A stretch of DNA of 16,696 nt. It comes from an uncultured bacterium (GTDB lineage: Bacteria > Krumholzibacteriota > Krumholzibacteriia > Krumholzibacteriales > Krumholzibacteriaceae). This document shows positions 7,344 through 16,696 of this stretch, piece after piece. Location of the stretch: assembly GCA_965371515.1 (NCBI GenBank), contig CBDUYR010000055.1, positions 1 to 16,696 on the forward strand, read 5' to 3'. The number at the start of each line of letters is the position of its first letter. Positions within the stretch are counted from its first letter, which is position 1. A program made the translations under genes and the position numbers. Below the pieces are notes generated by a model. That model saw only the letters and a list, made by a program, of their open reading frames with translations. It was not told where the DNA came from and searched no databases.

Positions 7344-8453
7344 GTGAATCCTTTCGTATACGGACGGGTGGTGAGCAGTAAGGACTTCTGTCCCAGGCCG
7401 AGGCTCTCGAGGATGCTCGAGGAGTTTATCCGTTCCGGGCAGAACGTACTCGTTCAGGGTGAGCGCCGCACAGGAAAGACCTCGCTTATCCACGATACGG
7501 CCGGCAGGACGGAATCGAATGTAATCTACGTCGACTTCCTGGAATCGAGGTCAGTCCACGATGTCGTGAGGCGTCTCGTAAGCGGCTTCGTCGGTCTGGA
7601 CAGAAAGGCCGGGATCCTTGACCGGGTGCTCGGGGGGCTGGTGCATCTGCGCCCTTCCTTTTCATTAGACCAGATAACCGGTAATCCAGTCCTCTCGCTT
7701 GACGCCGCCGTCAAGGTAAGGCCGGAGACCATCGAGGGGATTCTCGACGCATTCGAAGAGGCCGGCAGGGGCAAGGGCCTTGTCGTGGTTTTCGATGAAT
7801 TCCAGGATATCCTGAACCTCAAGGACTCTGCACAGGTGCTCGCGGTCATGCGGGGCAGGATCCAGTTTCAGCAGAAGATAGTTTATGTCTTCGCTGGAAG
7901 CATCCGCAACGAGATGAACGGCATATTCACCGATCCCGATAGTCCCTTCTTTAAATCCGCGGCCGTTATGGAGGTCGGTGCGATAGAGCATAACGCGTTG
8001 GGCGGATTCATCGGGGCGAAATTCTCGAACGGGAATCGGAGAATAAGCGACGATATGTTGACGGAGATCTACGGGATCGCGGAAGATATCCCGGGAGATA
8101 TTCAGCAGCTCTGCAACGCGCTCTGGGACTGTTCGGAGCAGGGAGATGAAATCACTCCGGATCTTATCCCCACCGCCCTGGAGCTGATTTTTTCCAGGGA
8201 GATTAAAGGGTATGGGAATGCCATGGCGAAGATTACGGAACTGCAGATCAGGATCCTCGCCTCCATTTCCCGGCTGGGAGGAGAGACACCGTTCTCGAGA
8301 GAATTTCTTGAATCGACGGGAACAGTACATGTAAATGCGGTGAGGATCGGTCTCGAGCGTCTCGAGAAACTGAAGATCATCTACCGGAGGAAAGACAGAT
8401 ACGTACTGGTAAATCCATTCTTCAGGGCCTGGCTCCTGCACAAAGGATATTGA
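7344..8453 (+). CDS. AAA-family (archaeal-ATPase-like) ATP-binding protein with probable C-terminal winged helix
   Basis: MNPFVYGRVV..DFCPR, Walker A GERRTGKT, Walker B VVVFDEFQ, VFAGS, SPFFKS, C-terminal LERLEKLKII..YVLVNPFFRAWL. Confidence 0.88.
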   Translation: MNPFVYGRVVSSKDFCPRPRLSRMLEEFIRSGQNVLVQGERRTGKTSLIHDTAGRTESNVIYVDFLESRSVHDVVRRLVSGFVGLDRKAGILDRVLGGLVHLRPSFSLDQITGNPVLSLDAAVKVRPETIEGILDAFEEAGRGKGLVVVFDEFQDILNLKDSAQVLAVMRGRIQFQQKIVYVFAGSIRNEMNGIFTDPDSPFFKSAAVMEVGAIEHNALGGFIGAKFSNGNRRISDDMLTEIYGIAEDIPGDIQQLCNALWDCSEQGDEITPDLIPTALELIFSREIKGYGNAMAKITELQIRILASISRLGGETPFSREFLESTGTVHVNAVRIGLERLEKLKIIYRRKDRYVLVNPFFRAWLLHKGY

Positions 8454-8456
8454 TAC

Positions 8457-8930
8457 ATGATTGAGAAGGCATTTCAGGATTACTACCCCGATGATGTGAG
8501 CCACTGCTTCGGATGCGGGAAACTCAACGAGAAGGGACACCAGATCAAGAGCTACTGGGACGGCGACGAGACGGTCGCCGTTTTCGAGCCGCAGCCGTAT
8601 CACACAGCGATTCCGGGGTATGTGTACGGTGGGCTGATCGCCTCGCTGATAGACTGCCATGGAACCGGCACAGCGGCGGCCGCGGCGTATCGCGAGGAGG
8701 GACGCGATATGTCCAGTGATCCCCCGCTGCGCTATGTGACAGCCTCGCTGCACGTCGACTATCTGCGCCCCACCCCGATGGGGGTGCCACTCGAGGTACG
8801 AGGCAGGGTGGAGGAGATATCGGGCAAGAAGGTCGTGGTGAGCGAGACGCTGTCCGCCAACGGCAAGATCTGCGCGAAGGGGCGTGTGGTGGCGGTCAGA
8901 ATGCCTGAAAACATGCTCCGACAGGGTTGA
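8457..8930 (+). CDS. PaaI family (hotdog fold) thioesterase
   Basis: HCFGCG..N..G, PGYVYGGLIASLIDCHGTGTA, YVTASLHVDYLRPTPMG. Starts 3 bp after the ATPase stop. Confidence 0.9.
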   Translation: MIEKAFQDYYPDDVSHCFGCGKLNEKGHQIKSYWDGDETVAVFEPQPYHTAIPGYVYGGLIASLIDCHGTGTAAAAAYREEGRDMSSDPPLRYVTASLHVDYLRPTPMGVPLEVRGRVEEISGKKVVVSETLSANGKICAKGRVVAVRMPENMLRQG

Positions 8931-9033
8931 GCTTCGACGCCCGCATCGCTGGCCAGAACCCGAAGGTCAGTCCCACGCCTGTGCAGAACGCCAGTCCCAC
9001 GATCGCCCATTCCATCGGTACGTGCGCTGCGAA
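8924..9033 (-). repeat. Orphan 110-bp copy of the 3' end of the ABC permease gene (direct repeat of 11645..11754)
   Basis: 102/110 identical by manual alignment. The - strand reads FAAHVPMEWAIVGLAFCTGVGLTFGFWPAMRASKLNP versus FGAHVPMEW...SKLNP in the intact gene. Confidence 0.95.
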
Positions 9034-9122
9034 ATCGGGATACCATGGACCCACCGATTACTTGATTTCCAGATTGCAAAAGGTCGATCTCACGGGGATA
9101 ATCCTGTTGAGGGAGGTTTTAC

Positions 9123-9989
9123 ATGAAAAAGGTATTGCTGACGATCGTGATTCTTGCCGTATGCACTTCTGGCCTGGAAGCCGAGTCGATGGTATGGAGG
9201 GTGGAAAAGGGGGGCGAGGTCGTCTACATAGGCGGCACGATACACCTGCTCAGACATTCCGACTATCCGCTGCCGGATGCATTTGACGAAGCGTTCATCA
9301 AGTCTGATGTAGTGGTCCTGGAGGCTGATGTTGGCGGGATGAGCGATCCCGAAGTACAGGGGAAGCTGATGGCCGGTGCGATGTACACGGACGGGAAGAC
9401 TCTTGAAGATGTTCTCTCCGAGGAGGCGTACAGCGCTCTTGCCGCCTACTGCGCAGAGGCCGGGATGCCGGTGGAAGCTCTCGCACAGTTCAAGCCTGCT
9501 ATGGTCATGCTGAGCCTGCTCGGCCTCGAGCTTCAGAAGCTGGGAATATCCACGGATTACGGAATCGATGTCTACTATTACAATCGTGCGATCGATGAAG
9601 GAAAAGACATGATCTACCTCGAGACGATAGACGAGCAGATCGACTACGTCATGTCTATGGGAGCCGGGCAGGAAGACGAGTTTATTCTTCATTCCATCTC
9701 TGACATGAAAGAGTTGCCGGAGACGATGGAGGAGATAATTCGGTACTGGAGGGAAGGCGACGACGGGAGGATGTACGAGCATTTCATTGGCGAGCTCAAG
9801 AAGGAATTCCCCGAGCTGTACGGCACGCTGATCCTCGAGCGCAACAACAATTGGATGCCTGAGATCGAGGCCCTCTTCGCAACGGAGGAAACAGAGCTGG
9901 TGCTTGTCGGCACGGCCCACCTCGTTGGCGACCGCGGGATCATCAGCACTCTCGAGCATCGCGGGTACACGGTGGAGAGGCTGGAATGA
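9123..9989 (+). CDS. Secreted TraB/GumN family protein
   Basis: RBS GGAGG; Sec signal peptide; motifs YIGGTIHLL, VVLEAD, GIDVYY, LETIDEQI, ERNNNW, VGTAHLVG. Confidence 0.9.
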   Translation: MKKVLLTIVILAVCTSGLEAESMVWRVEKGGEVVYIGGTIHLLRHSDYPLPDAFDEAFIKSDVVVLEADVGGMSDPEVQGKLMAGAMYTDGKTLEDVLSEEAYSALAAYCAEAGMPVEALAQFKPAMVMLSLLGLELQKLGISTDYGIDVYYYNRAIDEGKDMIYLETIDEQIDYVMSMGAGQEDEFILHSISDMKELPETMEEIIRYWREGDDGRMYEHFIGELKKEFPELYGTLILERNNNWMPEIEALFATEETELVLVGTAHLVGDRGIISTLEHRGYTVERLE

Positions 9990-10072
9990 GTGCCTGTGCT
10001 CTGAGCTGATCTTCGCTTTTCCCCGGAACTTACGGCGATTCCGATGATTCTCATAAAAAAGAGTGAAACAAG

Positions 10073-10146
10073 TGTTGACATAAACGAATATAATAGCTAT
10101 AATATCAACGTTGATATCAGTGGCTTTTTATCGGGATATGTCAACA
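10073..10146 (+). promoter_or_regulatory. Consensus sigma70 promoter with four GTTGAYAT half-sites (putative XRE operator)
   Basis: TTGACA 10075-10080, 17 bp, TATAAT 10098-10103. Palindrome ATATCAACGTTGATAT at 10102-10117. Inverted repeat TGTTGACATA (10073-10082)/TATGTCAACA (10137-10146). Confidence 0.8.
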
Positions 10147-10176
10147 TTTCATCCGCGGACTTACGGGAGAGTTACG

Positions 10177-11370
10177 ATGATTGCCGAACGTCTCAGGCAA
10201 GCGAGGTTGGTAGCGGGAATGACCCAGGCCAAGGCAGTTGAAAAGCTGTCAAGTTATGGATTTTCGCTTACAAAAGCAGGGCTTTCGAAATACGAGCGTG
10301 GAGGCAGTATTCCTCCGCCAGCTCTTATGCTCAAGATGGCAAAGGTATACGAGGTCAAGTCGCGGTATTTTTTATATGATCCATCGGTTTCAGTAACATG
10401 GTTTGCCTTCAGGAAGCACGCTGCGCTCGCACAACGAAAGCAGGAAAGAGTGAAGGCTCTCGTATCCGATACGATTGCGGGCCAACTCTGGCTCATGGGG
10501 AAACTGTATCCCAATTGTAATCCTGGGTTCCCCAGGTCGATAAAGGTAAATAATGAAGAAGATGCCGAGAGAGCTTCATATTCGCTTCGAATGAAATGGG
10601 ATTTGGGGGATGCACCCATCGGAAGTGTTACGCAGACCATAGAGAGCCGATGTGGAATAGTATGTGAATATGATGTCGACAACGATGAGTTTGATAGCCT
10701 TTCCGGCCTTGCAAACGACCGATTCCCCGTGATGGTAACAGCATCAGGCATGCCGGATGACCGCAAGCGTTTCAATCTTGCACACGAAATCGGACATCTT
10801 GTAATGGACTGTGAACCGCTGGAGAATAAAAAGCAGGAATTACTGGCGCATCGGTTCGCAGGCGCTTTCCTTGTTCCTGCAAAGGTTGTCCGGGCGGAGT
10901 TGGGGAGAAAGCGCAAACACATATCATTTGATGAGCTGGCCGAACTTAAAAAAAAGCATGGACTGAGCATGCAAGCCTGGCTGCGTCGAGCCTTTGATCT
11001 TTCAATCATCAGCCACAATCGATTCCAGACCCTATGCATTGAATTCAGCAAGAAGGGTTGGCGAAAGCGAGAACCTGTCGAATACATCGGGAATGAAAAA
11101 CCTGCTATGTTGAGACAGATGGCCCTTCGCGCTCTGGCGGAACACATCATCACTCCAGAGAAGGCTGAATCTCTCTGTCCTCTCGAAGTTAAAGAGCAGA
11201 CTGGTGTTAGGGAGAAAACAGAAGACTACCGGTTTTCTGCAGAAGAAATCCTGAACCTGCCACAGGCTGAGAGAAAAAAAATCCTCAGGTATGCTGCTGA
11301 GATCCTGAAAGATGATTACGAACGGGACGGCGAACTCAATGCATTTGAAGCCTTTCAGGATGAGGAATAG
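10177..11370 (+). CDS. XRE-family HTH regulator fused to an ImmA/IrrE (DUF955) metallopeptidase, with extra C-terminal tail
   Basis: Start ATG at 10177 after GGGAGAG. ERLRQARLVAGMTQ..LSKYERG (XRE HTH); RKRFNLAHEIGH zinc motif (10783-10797); AHRFAGAFLVP; GWRKREP. Confidence 0.9.
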   Translation: MIAERLRQARLVAGMTQAKAVEKLSSYGFSLTKAGLSKYERGGSIPPPALMLKMAKVYEVKSRYFLYDPSVSVTWFAFRKHAALAQRKQERVKALVSDTIAGQLWLMGKLYPNCNPGFPRSIKVNNEEDAERASYSLRMKWDLGDAPIGSVTQTIESRCGIVCEYDVDNDEFDSLSGLANDRFPVMVTASGMPDDRKRFNLAHEIGHLVMDCEPLENKKQELLAHRFAGAFLVPAKVVRAELGRKRKHISFDELAELKKKHGLSMQAWLRRAFDLSIISHNRFQTLCIEFSKKGWRKREPVEYIGNEKPAMLRQMALRALAEHIITPEKAESLCPLEVKEQTGVREKTEDYRFSAEEILNLPQAERKKILRYAAEILKDDYERDGELNAFEAFQDEE

Positions 11371-11375
11371 TGATC

Positions 11376-11554
11376 ATGGAGCCCCAATCATATTCACCGC
11401 AGCGTGGTGAAGTGTGGCTTGTACGGTTCGATCCATCCGTTAATCCTGAGATAAAGAAAAATCGAAGAGCTGTTGTTCTTAGTGTTGGTTGGAACCGGTC
11501 CTTGTTCAGGGGATTGCTGCGGCGATCGCCTTGACGGTAGGGTACGATATGTGA
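11376..11554 (+). pseudogene. mazF: PemK/MazF family toxin, internally deleted and frameshifted (not in the ORF track)
   Basis: ATG at 11376 gives MEPQSYSPQRGEVWLVRFDPSVNPEIKKNRRAVVLS (PemK N-terminus, K.RP motif altered). Another frame gives LVQGIAAAIALTVGYDM* (PemK-like C-terminal helix). Total 179 bp, about half the usual length. Confidence 0.8.
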
Positions 11555-11619
11555 GCGTGTTTGATTTATATCAGAATCGCAGCATGTCTCTGTATTTGCT
11601 TGAGCATCACAGATAATAG

Positions 11620-12867
<1,248 letters not shown>

Positions 12868-12883
12868 ATCCTGCTTAATGCTC

Positions 12884-14128
12884 CTATTCGTATGACAGCG
12901 CGACGACCGGGTCGAGTTTCGCCGCGCGCATCGCGGGCAGCAGTCCCGAGACGATTCCCACCGCGAACGAAACGAGGATCCCGACGAACACTATCGGCAG
13001 CGACAACGATGCCGGCATCATTGTCGCGTTTATCAGCGCCGCTACCCCGTATGATAACAACAGCCCGATCAGCCCGCCGACCGTGCAGAGGCAGATCGCC
13101 TCGAAGATGAACTCGGTCAGGATCATCCTGCGCCTCGCGCCGACAGCCTTGCGGATGCCGATCTCGCGCGTCCTCTCGGTGACCGAGACGAGCATGATGT
13201 TCATCACGCCTATTCCGCCGACAAATAGCGAGAAGCTCGTGATGATGAATCCTATCAGCATTACAACGCCCATCACGTTGTTGTATGCGTTCATCAGACT
13301 GTCCATACTGTTGATCGAGAAGTTGTCCGGCTCAGTCGGTTTCAGCTTGCGGATCTTGCGCATCTCGCTGACCAGTTCGTAGCGGAATGCCTCGAGCTCC
13401 TCCTGGCTCGGCGCCTTGGCTGCGATGTCGAACTCACGGTTCCGACTTCCATACGCCTTTGTGAAGCTGGTAATCGGGATGAATATTCTTCTGTCGAAGT
13501 TCGGGCCACCGAAGAAACCGCCGCTGCCCTGGGATTCCATCACACCGATGACGCGGAATTTGTAGCGGCCTATCTTGATGTCCTTGTTCAACGGGTCGGT
13601 GTTCTTGAAGAGATTGTCACGTATCTCGGTGCCGATAACGCAGACGAACCTGCGATTATGAACGTCTGAGGCGCTGAAGAAACGTCCATTCTCGGGGACT
13701 CCGCTCGCGACTATCATCTGCTTGTCGGTGGTTCCGATGACGATGATGTTCTCGAGGACCGTCGAACGGTACTTGACGTTCCTGTTCGTCCCCGTCGAGG
13801 GATTGATCGCCTTAGTCGTCTTCATGCGACGGGCGAGCTGCTCTGTCTCCTCGTACTTGATATGAGGGCGGTTGCGGTACTGGAAGAAATCACCGGTGAT
13901 GATCCACGGCATTCGCGAGACGTAGAGGACGTCCGAGCCGACCGATGAGATGCTCTCCTTGAAATTGTTGCCGAGGCCGTTGGAGACGGTCATCGTTGTG
14001 GCAATTGCGAGGATGCCTATGACGATACCGAGTGTCGTCAGCGTGGCCCGGCTTTTGTTCGCCCGGAGCGCCCTGAAGGCAGTGCCGAGCGATTCTCTGA
14101 TATTGTATAGAAATGAATGCATCATCAT
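12884..14128 (-). CDS. MacB/FtsX-family ABC transporter permease
   Basis: KSRATLTTLGIVIGI, GGIGVMNIMLVSVTERTREIGIRKAVGA, AAKLDPVVALSYE. Which of three consecutive ATGs is the start is uncertain. Confidence 0.95.
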   Translation of the reverse strand: MMMHSFLYNIRESLGTAFRALRANKSRATLTTLGIVIGILAIATTMTVSNGLGNNFKESISSVGSDVLYVSRMPWIITGDFFQYRNRPHIKYEETEQLARRMKTTKAINPSTGTNRNVKYRSTVLENIIVIGTTDKQMIVASGVPENGRFFSASDVHNRRFVCVIGTEIRDNLFKNTDPLNKDIKIGRYKFRVIGVMESQGSGGFFGGPNFDRRIFIPITSFTKAYGSRNREFDIAAKAPSQEELEAFRYELVSEMRKIRKLKPTEPDNFSINSMDSLMNAYNNVMGVVMLIGFIITSFSLFVGGIGVMNIMLVSVTERTREIGIRKAVGARRRMILTEFIFEAICLCTVGGLIGLLLSYGVAALINATMMPASLSLPIVFVGILVSFAVGIVSGLLPAMRAAKLDPVVALSYE

Positions 14129-14170
14129 TACCAGAGCGCGGCGCCCCGGTGGTTAATCCCAGGCACTGTG

Positions 14171-15466
14171 TCAGTCGCTGTCCTTTTCTTCCCTCTTCGC
14201 CAGCACCGGTGTGTTGTTCCCCAGATCCTGGCTGATGGCGCGGTAGCTGCCCGATACGATCTCGTCGCCTGCGGACAGTCCCGTAACGACCTCAATGTGA
14301 GTGTCGCTCTGGATGCCCGTCTCGACCTGTATGGCCAATGCGATCCCATCCTCGATGACGAATACGATCGTCACGAATCCGTCCTTGTCGGGCGTGAACT
14401 TCGGTTCGGAGATGCTGTCGGCGTGCGCGTCGCCTAGGCCGCTGTCCTTGTCCTTCGCGTCGCCCTTTGGCTTGAGCTGGTCGGGGGTGCGCACGGTGAC
14501 GCACTGTATCGGTACGCAGAGGGTGCTGTCGCGCGTCTCGATCACGATGTCGGAGCTGGCCGTCATGCCGGGACGCAGCTGCTCGACGGTGTCGAGGATG
14601 GCGAGCTTGACCTCGAACTCGGTCTTCTGGTCGGTCGATCCCATGCCGGAGATGCGGGCGCTGGTGGCGATCTCGCTGACGATCCCCTTGAAGATCTTGT
14701 CGGGCAGGGCGTCGATCTCGATCGATGCGCTGTCGCCGAGGCTCACGTTGACGATGTCGTTCTCGTCTACGTTGACGAGCGCCTCCATCTCGCCGAGGTT
14801 CGAGACGATCATGATGACGTCTTCCTGGAACTGCGAACCGAGAGCTATCTCGCCGACTTCCTTGTTGAGCACGCTGATAGTGCCGGCCATCGGCGCGTAT
14901 ATCGTCGTCTTCGAGTAATTGTCTCTGGCCTGTTTGACCGCGGCCTGGGCCTGCTCGACCTGCTCGAGGACCGACTGGTATCTTGCCTTCTCGATCTTTA
15001 CGGTCGAGAACATCTGGTCGTATACAGCCTCCGACTCGAGGTTGCGTTTTACGAGTGTCTCGGTACGCTCGAGGTCCTTTTCGGCCTTGACGACCGTCTC
15101 ACGGGCGAGCTCGGCGCCGGCCTGGATAGAGCGGAGGCTTGCCTCGGACTGCTCGAGGGCTGCGATGTAGCGTTCCTGGTCGAGGCGGACGAGCAGATCG
15201 CCCTTTTCGACCCAGTCGCCCTCATTCACGGCGAGGAAGGTTATCTTGGCGGCCACATCGGCGCTGATCTTCACCTTTGTGCTCGGTTCGATCCTGCCGG
15301 TGGCAGTTACAGTCTCAATGATCCCCTGTTTTTCGGCTAAAATGGTCTGAACACTTGTTTTACTTGTTCCATTCTTGTTCGCCATAACCACAACAATGAC
15401 GATTATGACGACTGCAACTGCCGCTAGAAATATAATCCGTTTCTTCCCTAACTTAAACTTGGCCAT
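14171..15466 (-). CDS. MacA/HlyD-family efflux periplasmic adaptor (membrane fusion protein)
   Basis: N-terminal TM; VTATGRIEP..VNEGDWVEKGDLLVRLD; coiled hairpin; TIYAPMAGTI; VDENDI; LRPGMTA; GIQSDTHIEVVTGL. RBS GGGAG upstream. Confidence 0.95.
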   Translation of the reverse strand: MAKFKLGKKRIIFLAAVAVVIIVIVVVMANKNGTSKTSVQTILAEKQGIIETVTATGRIEPSTKVKISADVAAKITFLAVNEGDWVEKGDLLVRLDQERYIAALEQSEASLRSIQAGAELARETVVKAEKDLERTETLVKRNLESEAVYDQMFSTVKIEKARYQSVLEQVEQAQAAVKQARDNYSKTTIYAPMAGTISVLNKEVGEIALGSQFQEDVIMIVSNLGEMEALVNVDENDIVNVSLGDSASIEIDALPDKIFKGIVSEIATSARISGMGSTDQKTEFEVKLAILDTVEQLRPGMTASSDIVIETRDSTLCVPIQCVTVRTPDQLKPKGDAKDKDSGLGDAHADSISEPKFTPDKDGFVTIVFVIEDGIALAIQVETGIQSDTHIEVVTGLSAGDEIVSGSYRAISQDLGNNTPVLAKREEKDSD

Positions 15467-15721
15467 CGTCTGCTACTCCCTGGTCTGAATACCCGGACTG
15501 TCTGACTATAGTATATACCGAATCCCCCAATAAAATATTCGACACCCTTTTATACGAGTGGGGAGGGGATTGGTTGCATTGAGATTCAGCTTACGTGATG
15601 CCCGACAGAGCAAATATAATTCTCTGGTAACATGATTTCAGCAAATTCTAACCCATGTAACAGGAATTGCTCGACAAAAGTAACGAATAGTGTCACATTT
15701 TTAATGTAAAAACCATACGGA

Positions 15722-16510
15722 GTGGCTTTGAGAGCATCGGATTACATCACGAGTCTGTCCGCCAGCGGGCAGTACCATTTCTCGACTGTAGAGTTCGCTC
15801 GAACAGCAGGCTTGTCGCTGGTAGCAGCACGGGCGGCGATTCGACGGTTGAGGAAGAGGGGTCTCATCGCCACGCCATACCGTGGATTCAATGTAATCGT
15901 CCCGCCGGAATACAGGAGTATCGGGTGTCTGCCTGCCGACCAGTTCATCGGGCAGCTGATGGAGCATCTCGGGCTTTCGTACTACGCCGCGCTTCTCAGT
16001 GCAGCCAGGTATCACGGCGCGGCTCACCAGCAGCCGCAGGTCTTTCAGGTCATCGTCAAGAAGAACCGCCCCCCGATCGAGTGCGGGAGAGTGCGGGTGA
16101 GCTTTATCGCCCGACGGAACATCGATGAGATCCCGGTTGTTTCGTTTAATACGCCGCACGGTCCTATCCTCGTGTCCAGTCCGGAGGCAACTGCGTTCGA
16201 TCTCGTCGGATATCCCGCCCAGACTGGCGGGCTCGATAACGTGGCTACTGTCCTGGCTGAATTATCGGAATCGATCGATCCGAAGAAACTGATATCCATC
16301 ACAGCGCTTTCGCCGTCTCCCTGGACACAGCGGCTCGGTTATCTATTCGCTTTGATCGGCGCAGACGAGCTCGCAGACGCAGTCGCTGACTATATCGCAC
16401 AATCATCTCACGAGACCGTTTCGCTCGATCCGGCAGGTACGGGAGTTGGTGCAGTCCGTGAGTCGCGCTGGAAACTGTTTGTCAACACGGAAGTGGAGCC
16501 TGACCTGTGA
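15722..16510 (+). CDS. abiEi: Type IV TA system AbiEi family antitoxin (N-terminal wHTH)
   Basis: PYRGFNVIVPPEYRSIG..YYAALLSAARYHGAAHQQPQVFQV..VSSPEATAFDLVGY..GGLDNVATVLAEL..QRLGYL..RWKLFVNTEVEPDL. Start is GTG 15722 or TTG 15728. Confidence 0.9.
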   Translation: MALRASDYITSLSASGQYHFSTVEFARTAGLSLVAARAAIRRLRKRGLIATPYRGFNVIVPPEYRSIGCLPADQFIGQLMEHLGLSYYAALLSAARYHGAAHQQPQVFQVIVKKNRPPIECGRVRVSFIARRNIDEIPVVSFNTPHGPILVSSPEATAFDLVGYPAQTGGLDNVATVLAELSESIDPKKLISITALSPSPWTQRLGYLFALIGADELADAVADYIAQSSHETVSLDPAGTGVGAVRESRWKLFVNTEVEPDL

Positions 16511-16635
16511 TCCCATTAGATTTCATTACCGAGTGGCGCCAGTCCGTTCCCTGGGATGCCGCACGGTATGCACAGGAAGAGTTGCTGGGGCGTATGCCCG
16601 ACGAGCCATGGAAGGGTGCCGTCGTTGAAGAATAG
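16507..16635 (+). pseudogene. abiEii: AbiEii nucleotidyltransferase toxin collapsed to 42 codons by an in-frame internal deletion
   Basis: GTG overlaps the abiEi stop (GTGA). MIPLDFITEWRQSVPW (AbiEii N-terminus) is joined directly to DAARYAQEELLGRMPDEPWKGAVVEE* (C-terminal L.G.PWKG-like end); the catalytic core is absent. Confidence 0.8.
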
Positions 16636-16696
16636 GACTGAATATATGATTCTTGCCCTCAGGCACGCCCCTGTCCTCAAGCAGAAGGTCAGCGAG

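Noticed and set aside
7665..11153. Long antisense ORFs (7665..8753, 9090..9959, 10254..11153) and similar shadow ORFs over the ABC operon
   Set aside because: They lie opposite well-supported genes and have no recognisable motifs; such ORFs are expected from codon bias in GC-rich DNA.
15670..15710. Imperfect inverted repeat upstream of abiEi as an operator
   Set aside because: Plausible for AbiEi autoregulation, but the arms are too short and mismatched to call.
16646..16696. Possible gene start MILALRHAPVLKQKVSE at the window end
   Set aside because: Only 17 codons are visible and there is no recognisable motif.

Overview
Bacterial accessory region, densely coding and rich in toxin-antitoxin (TA) modules and gene remnants. 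Family calls come from my recognition of protein motifs; no database search was run. Left to right: the 3' part of a YkgJ-type CxxCxxCC protein, an ORF6N remnant, a small STAS/SEC14-like protein, a PD40 (TolB-like) remnant, an SGNH/GDSL hydrolase, an FG-GAP lipoprotein (- strand), an intact BrnT/BrnA pair, a calcineurin-like metallophosphoesterase, an internally deleted small gene, an intact HigB/HigA pair, a DUF6933-like protein, an AAA ATPase, a PaaI thioesterase, a TraB/GumN protein, an XRE-HTH/ImmA-IrrE peptidase followed by a collapsed PemK/MazF toxin, a - strand MacA/MacB-type operon (adaptor plus two permeases, no ATPase), and an AbiEi antitoxin followed by a collapsed AbiEii toxin. Most notable: (1) two toxin genes and one other gene keep their first and last codons but have lost the middle, while the partner antitoxins are intact; (2) the XRE-ImmA protein carries an antitoxin-like C-terminal tail and has a four-half-site operator; (3) a 110-bp, almost purely synonymously diverged copy of the permease 3' end brackets a 2.6-kb insert; (4) degenerate attC-like hairpins and a duplicated cassette-head sequence suggest a decayed integron cassette array; (5) a perfect 28-bp palindrome lies over the AAA ATPase promoter. 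No rRNA, tRNA, CRISPR array, integrase, transposase or reverse transcriptase was recognised.
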